From Octopus bimaculoides (lineage: Eukaryota), in assembly GCF_001194135.2 (NCBI RefSeq), contig NC_068981.1:115123977-115160939 (forward strand): DNA of 36,963 nt, read 5' to 3'. The translations under genes were made by a program, and so were the position numbers. This document shows, in pieces, positions 21,250-32,913 of this stretch (the first letter of the stretch is position 1; every line of letters begins with the position of its first letter). The notes below the pieces were generated by a model. It did no database searches, had not been told where the DNA came from, and worked only from the letters and a program-made list of their open reading frames with translations.

Positions 21250-22800
21250 GCAATTGCTGGTTGATGACAGCCATCCTTTTCAACATAAAAGACAAGACTA
21301 ATATTCAGCAGGTCCAGTTGGTAGAGCCAAGTGATAGAGTTATTTATTCAAATGGATCACCAAGGCATAGAAGGATAATCAATCTGCCAGACAACACACG
21401 ACTATACGTGACTGTTGAAAGCAGAAGGCTGATATATAATTTTTGTGGTGACATATGCATTTTAAGGATTTCAGTTCAAAACAAGAAATCATTAGTTACA
21501 CTGCCATAAACTCAAACAATAAAAAGTTAATGAACCACATACATCAAAATGCAAGCATCATACACAACTACACCACATTAACAAATAGATTGCCACCACA
21601 CAGAAAATTTATTCAAATATCGCAACACATTTACATGACTTTAAAAAATAAATAGCCCCAAAAGAATATGAAACTTCAGGGGAAATACAAGCAAAGGAAT
21701 TCCTTATTTAAACACTCAGTCAGACGGGGGTGGGGGACGAGACATACATATCTCCATAGGAATAAGATATGCGGTCCTTTCTCACTTTCCTCTCTTTTGT
21801 CAAACATAGCTGTACTCAGAATAGCAGGTGTAAATGCAAGGAACCTGCTCAACCATCTAAAGTCACTAAATGTAGATGTGGTACCATGAAGAAGACTAGT
21901 CTTTCTGATCTCCAAGACTTCATGCCCATTTTCAGTGGATACGAAATTTATTTATCTCCAAGTCGATTGGTTTTGGGAGGTGGAACTGCTGTGTGGGCAA
22001 TGAATGGTCTGGATCTCACGATTCGGACTTATTCTTAATCCAGAAGATAAGTTTGTGGTCCTGGATGTGTGCATTAGTGAAGCTATTTTTTTAATGTTCT
22101 GATAAAACATCCAGATTTCTTCAAGCATCTGAAAGTATTCCTATGAACATCTCGCTCTTTAGTGCCAGTGGTGGCTGGGATGCTATCATGGATGCACATT
22201 TGGGTTGTGTGGGATTAGCCGATAGAAAAAAATGGTTGCAAATGCTTCGCAAGCCAGTTAGATGTTTCCAACTTTCTTACTGTAACCAACTAGATTTCCT
22301 GAATGTGCTAATGTAGCAATAAACAAATCGTATCAAGTCATCCAGAGTATTCTGTTGGCCAGTAGGTAATGGCTGTATAGGTTGTCCACCTTTTAAAATC
22401 GTCGGTTACGCACCATAAATTGGTTCATAGGCAGGTACTCGGTTACTGGAAACTGCATGCGTTGCTCCAGATGCACCCAACTTAGAGAAATTGGATTAGT
22501 GAATTAGATAAGCGAGCGTTGATGCGAGCAATCACCAACAACAAGTCGCGGTTCGCCCTAAAAAAAGCGATTAAAGTAGGATCAAGTAGATTTGTAAGAA
22601 AAATAGAATAGAGGGAGTTTTAGAAACTTAGAAGAGGCTCTTAGAGAAGGGTATTGCAACAGACTTGCTCGCCGTGAGCTTTACTCTCGACCAATTCTTC
22701 AACGTGAAGGCTGCATTGTCAGAAATGAAATAAGGCCTATGCGCTAAGACACAAGGGTTCGAAAGCCGATCGATAAGCCTAAGACAGCTCGATGTCTTAA
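21250..22800 (+). mobile_element. Tx1-like LINE 5' part (ORF1 remnant plus APE endonuclease), degenerate
   Basis: ORF1-like RRIINLPDNTRLYVTVESRRLIYNFCG. APE-like RIAGVNARNL..LNHLKSLNVDVV, SGYEIYLSPSRLVLGGGTAVW, GWDAIMDAHLGCVG (GDWNA.LD equivalent) and YWKLH. Confidence 0.75.
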
Positions 22801-23216
22801 GTACCTTTTTTAATCAGTCAAAAGTTCATCATTCTTTATATTGTTGACATTTTACCAGGAACAATGCTGGAATCCATCAAAACAGTTATAATGAATTTTT
22901 GTTCACTTCATTTTTCTTTTTTTCTAAACTTTTGCTTATTGCAGAATTTTGAAAATGCACCCTTTCTTCGAATTCTCTCACGAGTATTCTTACGTTCAAT
23001 GTTTATATTTTAGTCCGTAACCTTTTTGGCGAAATCTATAGCAAGATTAGCACTTAATAATCTTCCGCTTCTGACTAATATTTGTTTTACGTACTTCCCA
23101 ATAGACGTACTTCGTTTATCGGGGCTTTCAGCGCATTTCCTATCTGTAGCTTTGCTTATTTCCTAACATTTTTGTAAAACGCCAAACGAAAAAGCAAAAA
23201 ACAAAAACAAAAACAT

Positions 23217-23252
<36 letters not shown>

Positions 23253-23852
23253 GATAGTTCTTATTAGTTTGTGAGTTTTTGAAGAAGTAACAGATAGAAT
23301 TAAACATCACAGAAATTATTTTATGATTATTTGAAGAAATAATAGATAATATAAACAACGTTTCTCTAAGTGCTAACCAGACCGATGTTCATTAGATGAA
23401 AATATATAAAATATAAACGTAAACTTAAATTCGCATTAAACGAATGACCAACATTTAATGAATAGTAACAAAGGATTAGAATCTCACAATCTTAGGAAGG
23501 GCAATGTCAGTGGGATCTAAAGTTGGAGAAAATAGACGTAACTATATAACGATGCAAGGTGATTTGCGCTGCGTGCTATCAATTTTACTACCCGCCGCCT
23601 AAGGCGTCTGAAACGTTAATGAAGACACGATACATTTATCATTTGCGGTATCATGAAAGTCTTAATCTTATGAGCGTATAGCCCTCTTCAGAATCTATTT
23701 CTCTTATGAAATGAGATAGTCACTCAACATTACATTATTTGTAACACGCTCTGTACCGTTTATAAGAGGAACATCCTGGACATTGGTACACAGAATACGA
23801 ACACATCACCGTTCAGTTTAAAGTAATGTTACAACTTGAACTCCATACTCAC

Positions 23853-23887
23853 CAGGCCCGGTGTATATTTCTGATATATTCATTATA
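23853..23887 (-). CDS. Candidate 35-nt exon
   Basis: Strong donor CTG|gtgagt; acceptor ttgttactgatgtag. Frame 0 reads YNEYIRNIHRA(W/C), phase 0 to 2. Confidence 0.25.
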
Positions 23888-24381
23888 CTACATCAGTAAC
23901 AACATTTGCGTAGGACAGATAGCAATAATGAGTGTCTTCATAAAAACAATTTCAATTTTTTATACTTTTGCAGCTTTCTTACTCTGCAGCAAATATTCAT
24001 TATCTATTACAGCTTACTAGAACCAACTTACATAGTCTGTAACTAGTTTTAATAGCTGTTCCCCAAATTAACAAGTTTTGTTTTTTAAATAAATAGCAAT
24101 ATACTCAATATAATAAAATTTTTCTAAAAAGTCGAAGATAGCCAGATATGCTAAAAATTCACAGTAGGTGAAGTGTAAAGTTCGTACATTTGAGAAATTC
24201 GAAAATACAATGTTAGGTTCGTTATTTCTTTTCATCTAAAAATCTGAAAAAACGAAAAGTTGGATAATCCTCTCAGAACACTTATGTAGCCCGCAGCGCA
24301 TCCATTGCCTCTAGACCATCATAGATTTCATAAAAAGAGGCGGTCCACTGTAATGAATATGGTATCCAGTAGAAAATGTAC

Positions 24382-24444
24382 CTGCTATATCTTGCAATAT
24401 GCGTGTTGCTCTGTCGGTTTGGCTGTACCATTCGAAAGTCAACA
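24382..24444 (-). CDS. Candidate 63-nt symmetric exon
   Basis: Acceptor tttagtttccatcag, donor CAG|gtacat. Open as LTFEWYSQTDRATRILQDIA (phase 1-1) or VDFRMVQPNRQSNTHIARYS (phase 2-2). Confidence 0.3.
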
Positions 24445-25264
24445 CTGATGGAAACTAAACTTAGAACATAAAAAGAAGAAATAAAATGTCAGCAAAGCAT
24501 TTTGTCCTTCGGTCCATAGATTTTAAATATTATCGTCTTATTGCTGAATATAAAATTTGATAAATTTCTCGTCAGAAAAAAGAACTTGGCAAAAATGTTA
24601 GAGACCCGAACAGCATAATTTATGCTAATTGATTGACATATAGTGTTCTATTTAATCGCTTATTATATCTATCCTAAATTAAACGAATACAAATAATATA
24701 GGGAAGTCTGTTCAACCCAGTTTATGACCTATAGTGATGTGTGAAACGGCAAAAGAACGAATGCTAAAAATACATCGAAAGTCCAAAAACAAAAAGAAAA
24801 CTTGTGATTTATGAACACAAAGCAGTTTCAATTCCTGTGTGAAACCTATACATTTCACGTATTCCAGTGACGTTTAAAAAAGTTATGAACGGCTGACAGT
24901 TTGATTCCATGCCACTCAAAAATTTTATATCTACGACAACTACAGAAGAGTCAGTCGTAACTTCCTAAATTAGTATTTGAAATGGCAAAAGATATTTTTA
25001 GTGGAAAGGAATTTATTTGTGGGTGTGTGTGATGTCCGGAAGTGACCTTTATATGAGCACCGAAATGTTCACACTACCACTACAGCTGCATAAACAGTAG
25101 AACCACTCGCTCCACTTAAAACGTATTTCATGCTTAACCAAATAGTGACTGGATTCTTTTAAACATGTTGGGTACAGCGACCTAAGAGAAATGGTAGGGT
25201 GCCTCTGGCACTTCCTGGAACCACTCTTCACTAAGGCTCTTAATATGGTAATATATATTTCAAA

Positions 25265-25674
25265 GGCGCTGGAGTGGCTGTGTGGTAAGTAGCTTGCTTA
25301 CCAACCACATGGTTCTGGGTTCATTCCCACTGCATGACACCTTGGGTAAGTGTCTTCTACTATAGCCTCGAGCCGACCAAAGCCTTGTGAGTGGATTTGG
25401 TAGACGGAAACTGAAAGAAGCACGTCGTATATATGCATATGTATATATGTATGTGTGTGCATATGTTTGTGTGTTTGTGTTTGTCCCTCCAACATCGCTT
25501 GACAACTGATGGTGGTGTGTTTACGTCCCTGTAACTTACAAGTTCGGCAAAAGAAGCCGATAGAATAAGTACTAGGCTTCCAAAGAATAAGTCCTGGGGT
25601 CGATTTGCTCGACTAAAGGCGGTGCTCCAGCATGGCTGCAGTCAAATGACTGAAACAAGTAAAAGAGTAAAGAG
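25265..25674 (+). mobile_element. Full-length tRNA-derived SINE (cleanest copy of the main family)
   Basis: A-box-like GTGGCTGTGTGGTAAG, B-box-like GGTTCATTCCC, 'ccttgggtaagtgtcttctactatagcc', internal TA/TG repeat, and tail 'gcagtcaaatgactgaaacaagtaaaagagtaaagag'. Confidence 0.95.
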
Positions 25675-26174
25675 TGTATATATATATATATATACATAGC
25701 AAGNNNNNNNNNNNNNNNNNNNNNNNNNNNNNNNNNNNNNNNNNNNNNNNNNNNNNNNNNNNNNNNNNNNNNNNNNNNNNNNNNNNNNNNNNNNNNNNNN
25801 NNNNNNNNNNNNNNNNNNNNNNNNNNNNNNNNNNNNNNNNNNNNNNNNNNNNNNNNNNNNNNNNNNNNNNNNNNNNNNNNNNNNNNNNNNNNNNNNNNNN
25901 NNNNNNNNNNNNNNNNNNNNNNNNNNNNNNNNNNNNNNNNNNNNNNNNNNNNNNNNNNNNNNNNNNNNNNNNNNNNNNNNNNNNNNNNNNNNNNNNNNNN
26001 NNNNNNNNNNNNNNNNNNNNNNNNNNNNNNNNNNNNNNNNNNNNNNNNNNNNNNNNNNNNNNNNNNNNNNNNNNNNNNNNNNNNNNNNNNNNNNNNNNNN
26101 NNNNNNNNNNNNNNNNNNNNNNNNNNNNNNNNNNNNNNNNNNNNNNNTATATATATATATATATATATATATAT

Positions 26175-26391
26175 GTCATTTATCTGTGCCAGGCATTAAA
26201 ATGCAGGCATTCTGGGACTCCCCTTTGAAGAACTTTCAGTCGAATGAGTCGACTCCAGTACTTTTTTGTTTTGTTTTAAGCCTAGTACTTATTTTATAGG
26301 CCACTTTTTGTCGAAGCGTTAAGCTACGGGGATGTAAATAAACCAACACCGGTTGTCAAGCGGTGATGAGGAACAAACACATACGCGCGTG

Positions 26392-26439
<48 letters not shown>

Positions 26440-26609
26440 TGTGTGTGTGTGACAGGTTTCTTTCAGGTCCGTCTACCAAATTCACTCACAAGATTTTCGT
26501 CGGCCTGAGGCTATAGTAGAAGACACTTGCCCAAAGTGCTGTGCGCTGTGGGACTGAACCCGGAACCATGTGGTTAGGAAGCTTCTTACCACACAGCCGT
26601 GCCTGCGCT
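26175..26609 (-). mobile_element. tRNA-derived SINE, main family
   Basis: Reverse complement matches the 25265 head ('ggctgtgtggtaagaagcttcctaaccacatggttccgggttcagtcccac') and body. Confidence 0.9.
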
Positions 26610-27027
26610 TATGTGTGTGTGTGTGTGTGCAGTGAGTTAAAATATAAATATTGGCAAACGCATACACTCATATACTTACACGAGCGTAAACATGTCTCAC
26701 ACGTGCATCCATAAACATATTAGTTTTAATATTTACCTTAAATCTATTCCGTTAAATGATATAAATGTCAATTGATTAATCGAAGACTACTTTAGTAATT
26801 TGACTAATCAGTGTGGAAATTGGTCTGGAGAAGATTGCAAGATATGATTGGATTTTGTTTATATTGGCAACGGTTCATCCTTATTTGAATCGATTCTAAT
26901 ATCAACCTTAATTTCTCATTAGTCTCTCTTGTAAATGTTATTGACGTGATGTTGAAATAATATGCTCATTTAGGTTAAATCTGTTGGTACCGGAGTGGAA
27001 ATAAGTCATTATCTTTTATTTTTTCTT

Positions 27028-27192
27028 TTATCAGTCATAGACTGTCTTAAAGAATTTTTGGTAGAATAATTCGATCACAGTACTTATATTTTTAAAGTTT
27101 GGTATTTATTCTATTGTTCTCTTTTGCCGAATTGTTGAGTTATTGGGACGTAAAAGGACCAACACCAGTTGTCAAGTGGTGAGGGAGACCAT

Positions 27193-27223
<31 letters not shown>

Positions 27224-27370
27224 CTGACAGGCTCCTTTGAGTTTCCGTCTACCGAATCCACTCACAAGGCTTTGGTCGCCCTGAGACCATAGTAGAAGAC
27301 ACTTGTCCAAGGTACCATGCTGTAGGACTGAATCCAGAGCAAAATCCTTACCACACAGCCACGCCAGCGC
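27028..27370 (-). mobile_element. tRNA-derived SINE, main family, more diverged
   Basis: 'gtctaccgaatccactcacaaggctttggtcgccctgagaccatagtagaagacacttgtccaagg...cttaccacacagccacgcc'. Confidence 0.88.
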
Positions 27371-27589
27371 ATGTGTTTTATTTTTTAATTTTGATTATAT
27401 GTATTATAATTGTAATCAATTAATATTGTATCAAAGTGTTAAGTACCTTACGCGTTGTGCTAACATGGATTGTGAAAATTAGTATTTGTGAAATTTGAAA
27501 AATGCAATATCATTTTGGTTATTTTCTCATTTAAAGAAGTGGAAAGACAAAAAGTTAGATAAATTTCTCAGAGCACACATGTAACTTAC

Positions 27590-28310
27590 AGGAGATTGCT
27601 TGAAGGTATCACAGATTTCACAAAAAAAAAAAAAGACAGTCTACTGCAATGGATATGGTATGAATTGAAAATGTTAGGGATCATTGACTGCCTAGACTTC
27701 ACCGATAATATAAGAATCCAGAAATGCTTGAAAAGAGCTGATTCATCACCTGAGCGAAGTGGTGAGGAAGACCGAACAGAGAATGAATGTAGAGAAGACG
27801 AACGTGATGGAGATCGGTCAAAGAACAAGAGCTTGCCACTTGATGGTTGAAAATCTAATTCGCAAAATGCGACAGCAGTATTTCAGCGAAAGTGTAAAAT
27901 TCGAGATCCAGCCGTATAATATCATTGTACAGTCAACGATCCTTTATGCAAGTGAAATGTGGAAGAAAACTGTAAAAATCATTAAAAAATATTGTATGCC
28001 TTTCATACTTGAAGAGAATTTCATTACTTAAAAATAGAAGAGTATCGTCACGAGTATTCGAAGGAACGGCAACATAGCAGTTACCTCCTTCTATAGTCAG
28101 ACAATCTGCTCGAAAGAATAGCATTGAGAAAGACACCAAGAGAAGCATAACAAGGGCCACGTGCCACACGGCGTCGAACCTCTCAGGAGAGCCTGAACGA
28201 TGTCAAAAGATACTGGAAAAACGAAGAAAGCTCAACCGATGGAAAGCACGAGGTGGAACTGCCACCCTATGTGCAAACGTGTGTAGGAAGGTCTGACTGA
28301 CTGACCGAGA
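27590..28310 (+). mobile_element. RTE-clade LINE RT/3' fragment, degenerate
   Basis: Remnants TDFTKKKKDSLLQWIWYELKMLGI (FVDF.KAFDS..R..IW..L...G), MNVEKTNVM, YNIIVQSTILYASEMW, and ALRKTP..ITRATCHT (AL...P.G.R.RGRP). Confidence 0.75.
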
Positions 28311-28643
28311 AATTAAATAATATATTTATGCCAGGCATATATGTTTATAGAATACATTGTCATGAACGGGGCTTCATCGTGTAAATATGTATATATATAC
28401 GTGAATAAATTTATTGTCTGTGTATGGATTTATGTATACACGAGAGAATAACTGTGTTAATATAAAAAAAGTTTATGCACTTACTGTTCACATGTTTTAC
28501 ATAATCAGACTATAAAGTATCGCCCCAACACAAAGCAAAAAGCATAGCTTTTTTCTTTCATAATTTATTTCGAATGTTCTTACTCTATTTCTCTCTTCTA
28601 CTTATTTAATTTATTTCCTGGTTAAGTTCCATCCCTAACTGAA

Positions 28644-28721
28644 AACCAATCGTGGTATTGTAAATATAAAAGCAAATATTGGCGCCATGCTAGACGAATC
28701 CTTTGTAGCAAGGACTTCCGG
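28644..28721. promoter_or_regulatory. Cluster of promoter-type motifs (CCAAT, YY1-like, ETS)
   Basis: AACCAATCG at 28644-28652, CGCCAT at 28683-28688, ACTTCCGG at 28714-28721, within 80 bp of apparently non-repeat sequence. Confidence 0.25.
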
Positions 28722-29299
28722 TTTGTCGAACCTCAGAGAGACAATGAAAAGAGATCTTACCCTTTTCAAAAGAGAAAAATATTAAGTATCAAGTTGTATA
28801 CGTACTGGTGGTAATGGTGATGGTGGTGATGTAGACATTTTATATTTATTATGTTACTAGGACCACAATGAAGCAACTATTTGATGTATTAATGCATCAC
28901 ACCTCTCATATAAAACATAGAGTGGAGAGACATGTAACTATTTATAAATATATATTCTTCTATTATTTTGTTTTACTGCTTTCGGTCATTCGAGTGCATC
29001 CAAATTGGGGCACTGCCTTCGGTAGCTTTTTGCCAATCATAGCGACGACAGTTCTGGGTTTACTGCGATCAACGAAAAATCTGAAGTCTGCTATTTACAT
29101 TATCATTCTTATATTTTACCGATTTTCTAAAGCTTACGCTTTGATTCAATACCAGCCTTGTTATAACTGGCGGCGTTGCACCAAACACATGAACACAAAC
29201 ACATATTTACACATGCACACGCACGCACGCACGCACACTCGCGCGCGCACGCNNNNNNNNNNNNNNNNNNNNNNNNNNNNNNNNNNNNNNNNNNNCGCG

Positions 29300-29352
<53 letters not shown>

Positions 29353-29383
29353 TCCTTCTACCAAAATCCGCGCAAGGGTTATA

Positions 29384-29850
29384 CAGGGTGTCCCAAAAGT
29401 CACTGATGAGTTTCAATTTTTAGTAACTTTCTTAATTTTACAAATAAATGCATGAAATTTTGATACAATATAAAGAACATAATGGAAATTAATATGCATT
29501 AGTCAAATTTTGCAACACCACTACATCACATATGAAAAAAATGACATTGCTTAAATGGCAGCCATTTTAGGGTTCGCACGCCCGTTCTCTTTCCAAAACT
29601 TGCACCATAACACTCTCAAAACTTTCAGACCCCACTTCTCTGATTTATCTATTGATGTTCTTCTTCAGTTGCACCAGGGTCTCTGGTTTGTTGACGTAAT
29701 TCGAATATCCAGGTTTCCAGTTATCAGTAGTAAAAGCTGGTACTAATGCTGGGCACAGAAGTCTTGGAATATTGCCTCTAAACATGTGCTGCTCTAACCC
29801 AACGGTATGTAAGCATGTTCCGATGTTATGTGAACCAGTCCTCCTCGCTA
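29384..29850 (-). mobile_element. Tc1/mariner-superfamily 3' fragment with one TIR
   Basis: TA|CAGGGTGTCCCAAAAGTC terminus at 29384. Minus-strand remnants RWVR...SKTSVP..FYY**LETWIF..QQTRDPGATEE resemble 'RWIGR..WPPRSPDL..DFYLWG..K..VY..P.TLEE'. Confidence 0.7.
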
Positions 29851-30179
29851 AAGATTAAATAGCCCCTATGCCTAAAGGGTAAGCTCCGAAGAACAGGAGA
29901 CTAGCAGAGTAAGCAGTAAATAAAGAAGTAGACAGCAACGAGAAGCTATTGCTGTGCCCTTCGTAACAATAATCATGAATCATCAGACTTTAGAAAAGAT
30001 TTCTATTATACCAAATGCCCATAATGCCCATAAGCATTATACCAAATGCCCATAAACAGAAATAGAGAAAGAGGGAGGGAGACAGAGAGAGAAGAAATGA
30101 AAAAATATGTATAAATAAAAATATAATGAAATATTAGTTAAATATACAGAGTAAGACCTAAAAAAAATTATATAAAAAT

Positions 30180-30530
30180 CTGTATATGGAGTAGAGTGTA
30201 TGTATATGCAATCATATATGTATATAGAAGCATACATACACATAGAAGCATATAGATACACAAATATATATACATATACATACACTAGATACACATACAT
30301 ATACATGTACAAATACACACATACATATGTAAATAAACACACATACATATATACGCACATATACACACACACATATATATACATATATACATATATATAC
30401 ATACATCCAAACATACATACATATACACATAAAGCACATATATACAACCATAGATACACATATAGGTATACATAGATAAGCAGACATAGATGCAAACACG
30501 CACAACCGCACTATAACATACATGTGTATA
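30180..30530. repeat. TA/CA-rich low-complexity tract
   Basis: Seen directly. A similar tract lies at about 31960-32230. Confidence 0.9.
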
Positions 30531-30644
30531 TATACCAGTATTGAAAATATACTCAATTGTAAGATGGAATAACTAATAACATATGCAAGTATTTAGTGAT
30601 ATAGATATGTTGGGAGTGGGGAGATAAAAATGGGAGTACATATA

Positions 30645-31950
30645 CAGGGGTTGGAAAAAATGATGGAAACAACTAGCATCATAGCATCATAAATTTGAAA
30701 TATCTATAAAATCGTCAAAAGCTTGTTTATTTTTATGTTTTTTGATTTATTATTAGTATTGCTTAATATGTTTTGCTAAAATTGCAGTTTCTTTTCGAGT
30801 ATCATCAGAAATAAAGGTAATTAAAATTCCTTAAAATGAGAGATCTATCGGACTTTCAAAGAGGTCAAATTGTTGGTGCTCGTATGGCAGACGCTAGCGT
30901 AACGAAAACAGCCGAAATGTTTGGTGAATCAAGAAGTACTGTTTCGAAAGTAATGACAGCCTTTGAGAAAGAGGAAAAAAACCTCTTCGTCGAAACATAA
31001 CACCGGAAGAAAACCAAAACATTCAGATAGGGACCGTCGGACTCTTACCCGAAGTGTTACAAAGGATCACAAAAGAACAGGTCTCAAAATTACTGCAGAG
31101 CTTAGTGACCACCTCGAGAACCCAGTTTCCAGAAAAACTGTTAACCGGGAGCTGCACAAAGCCGGATTTCACGGGTGGGCTGCAATCAGAAAACCACTAC
31201 TTTCAAAAACAAACGTTGTAAAGCATTTAGAGTGGAGTAAAAACCTACAGAATTAGTTCCTAGAGCAGTAGAAGTATGTTATATTCTCGGACGAGACATC
31301 CTTTACCTTATTTCTGACCACCGGCCGAATATACGTGTGGAGACAGCCAAATGATGCATTTGACCCAAACTGCCTTCTTCCAACTTTTAAACATGGAGGA
31401 GGATCTATGATGATCTGGGGGCTATATCTTGGAAATCCGCCGGCCCAATGGTTTCCCTTCAAGACAGAATTTATAGTCAATGGTTTCCTTTCATGGCAGA
31501 ATTAATAGTCACGACTATTTAAGCATTTGATCTGATCAAATTCATCCTATGGTTGCGGAACTGCTTCCGGAGGGAAACACAATCTTTCAGGATGATAATG
31601 CACCAATTCACATAACTGAAGTTGTTACTGAATGGCACGAGGAACATTCTAGTGAAGTTGAACATCTCATCTAGCCACCACTGTCCCCAGATCTCAATAC
31701 TATTGAACATTTATGGTGCATTTTAGAAAAAACAAGTAAGGCCTCGATATCCTCCACCATCATCACTACAAGAACTGGAGACTGTTTTAGCTGAAGAATG
31801 GACAAAAATTCCTTTGGAAACAATTCAAACTGTACGAGTCCATACCTCGTAGAATTCAAGCTGTAATTATTGCCAAAGGCGGTCCTACCCCATATTAATA
31901 TGAATTTGTTTGAAATTTTAAGGTGTTTGCATTATTTTGTCCAATCCCTG
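30645..31950 (+). mobile_element. Near full-length Tc1 (DD34E) element with pseudogenised transposase (30836-31898)
   Basis: 30-bp TIRs CAGGGGTTGGAAAAAATGATGGAAACAACT / AGGTGTTTGCATTATTTTGTCCAATCCCTG (25/30 by eye). MRDLSDFQRGQIVGARMA.. HTH region, IFSDETSF, GGGSMMIWG, FQDDNAPIH, SPDLNTIEHLW. Internal stops and frameshifts. Confidence 0.96.
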
Positions 31951-32479
31951 AACATAGATGTACCAGGGTATACATATAAGTAGAAATATATATGTATACT
32001 CAAATACAAATACATAGGTATACAAAACTCTACATGCAGAAGATGATATATCTTTCATATATCCATATGAATGTGAATACAGCACCCATATATACCTGCA
32101 TATAGATATATGTATATATACACGCATAATGGTTGTATATACTCACATGCATGCATGTACAGATGCACTTACATGTGTAAGCACATAGACGGTACACATA
32201 CAAGTATACGCATATCTGCAAAAACATAGGAAATAGGCATAAGTTCCTTATATCCAAACGTATGAGGAAAAAATGTATAGAGAGACATAGTTTGCATGAT
32301 GGCCTTATATATAGAAGCTCCTTCAGTTATCAAAAAGGAAATATTAAATAAAATATATAAAGGGAATTTATGTTATAGTAATACAATGGGGATAGAAGAA
32401 GTTTCTATACCGAGTAATAAGGGGGAATATAATGCGATTTAAAAAAAAATGTATCAAACTAAGAATTAAGGTAGTAAAT

Positions 32480-32790
32480 AGTTATTTTAGATTAATGAAT
32501 AGGAATCTGGTCATATGTTTTCACAGGAAAACTTTTCTTCCCTAGTATCAACTAAGTTTCCATTCATTCTCATTATATTATAGTTCTCTTCTGGACATAA
32601 TCTGCAAATTTTATTGTTATTCTGTAAGAAGGGGCAGAAAATAGAATTTTCCACGAAATTGAGAAATTAATATTGTTTATTTGAGGTGCCAAATTTTTAG
32701 TCCGGTACTGTCTTCTTTTCTATGGCCCCTAAAGGTGTATTCGTGGTTCGAAATTCTCGATTTAACCCAGTTTTGAGTGCAACCATATAT

Positions 32791-32826
<36 letters not shown>

Positions 32827-32830
32827 GTAC

Positions 32831-32913
<83 letters not shown>

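Noticed and set aside
23590-23625. Hammerhead-like CGCC-taa-GGCG-tct-GAAACGTT
   Set aside because: There is no CUGANGA box upstream. At most a dead remnant.
30005-30056. Short duplication of ATTATACCAAATGCCCATAA
   Set aside because: Ordinary local slippage next to low-complexity DNA, with no further structure.
32310-32470. Gypsy integrase-like reading (PSVIKKEILNKIYKGNL)
   Set aside because: The HHCC residues are missing, and the position fits the 3' flank of the adjacent minus-strand PLE better.
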